The notes under the pieces are model-generated. The model ran no database searches. It saw only the letters and a list, made by a program, of their open reading frames with translations, and was not told where the DNA came from. From Naegleria gruberi (Eukaryota): DNA of 8,164 nucleotides. How positions within the stretch are numbered: the stretch's first letter is position 1; each line of letters starts with the position of its first letter. Position numbers and translations under genes: made by a program. The stretch is from the NCBI GenBank assembly GCA_000004985.1, contig GG739086.1; one strand, written 5' to 3'. Shown one piece after another: positions 7,691 to 8,164 of the stretch.

Positions 7691-8164
7691 TTAAACTATG
7701 AATCATTAGAGAACAATTTACCATCAGACAACATACAATTAGACTGAACAACAAACACACGAGAAACATCAACCAATAGTAATATATTCTAAATCTCTAG
7801 GAAATCCAGTTCATTCAATCCATTGAACAAACCACGGATGAAAGCCTGTAAATAAATAATTTATCTCATAAGAAATAATCGGAAAGTTTTTCATACTTTC
7901 ATACAACAACAATAATCATACAATGATGAATTGGATAGAGGAATAACCCACTTCTCCGCTTCTTCTTGAAAACACCACCATCAAGAAATTGTATTGAAAA
8001 TATCGGAAGACGGAAGCACTTACTAGTAATACATTATCTGACCAGCAAACATTTCATCCATCACTATTCGTTGTTCGTTCATCATGATATTATGATGTAA
8101 AGAGACAATGGACGACTCGACTTGAAAAAATTACGACAAACACTCATCATTGGCAAGTCTATTG
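7691..8164 (+). other. ORF-poor, A+C-rich (plus strand) region downstream of the small gene; probable 3' UTR, intergenic DNA, or part of an intron-containing or non-coding transcript
   Basis: The track shows no ORF of at least ~60 aa in any frame. The plus strand is depleted of G and T (for example gaacaacaaacacacgagaaacatcaaccaatag). Start-stop pairs are very short on both strands. Confidence 0.3.

Noticed and set aside
7924-8041. Possible C/D-box snoRNA (C-box TGATGA at 7924-7929, D-box CTGA at 8038-8041, 118 nt apart)
   Set aside because: The flanks (…atcatacaa / ccagcaaac…) cannot form the required terminal stem. I found no D' or C' boxes or a convincing guide region. Hexamer and tetramer motifs are expected by chance in 470 bp.
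7846-8085. Two-exon minus-strand mini-gene (ATG 8085, intron 8023-7846)
   Set aside because: Splice-like GTAAGT and tttatttacAG are present, but joining the exons gives an in-frame TAG at the junction and no alternative frame works. I kept it only as a low-confidence finding, not as a CDS feature.
1-8164. CRISPR arrays, tRNA/rRNA genes, transposon terminal inverted repeats, operon-like co-directional gene clusters
   Set aside because: I found no direct repeats with regular spacers, no cloverleaf-compatible tRNA-like segments, no terminal inverted repeats flanking any ORF, and gene organisation is divergent and eukaryote-like.

Overview
This window is eukaryotic rather than prokaryotic. The evidence is AT-rich intergenic DNA, genes with A-rich Kozak-like contexts (aaaaaaATG), Q/N/P-rich low-complexity coding sequence built on CAA-type trinucleotide runs, an F-box protein, and no Shine-Dalgarno or operon signals. 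Codon usage (CAA-Gln, AGA-Arg, GGT-Gly, CCA-Pro) and the poly-Q/N tracts suggest an AT-rich lower eukaryote, either a dictyostelid amoeba or a Saccharomycotina yeast. I cannot decide between these from sequence alone.

Positions 1941-6665 (4725 nt, 58% of the window) are an assembly gap of Ns. Every long ORF in the six-frame track that crosses the gap is an artefact of translating N as X.

The real sequence supports four protein-coding genes in two divergent pairs:
- a 5'-partial-in-window F-box/LRR-like protein on the minus strand, 1085 down to 1 (the ORF track omitted it because it has no in-window stop);
- a plus-strand ORF at 1328-1936 encoding an S/T/N-rich protein with a C-terminal transmembrane segment;
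- the N-terminus (135 aa) of a Q/N/P-rich protein on the minus strand, 7072 down to 6666, which runs into the gap;
- a small, highly charged plus-strand protein at 7406-7690 with strongly optimised codons and a basic NLS-like cluster.

The final ~470 bp (7691-8164) contain no ORF of at least ~60 aa and show strong A+C versus G+T strand asymmetry.

I see no CRISPR array, mobile element, tRNA, rRNA or prokaryotic-style defence or biosynthetic system. The unusual points are draft-eukaryote-scale ones: the gap sits inside a repeat-rich Q/N gene, an expression-optimised orphan small protein cannot be placed in a family, and there are unexplained promoter motifs.
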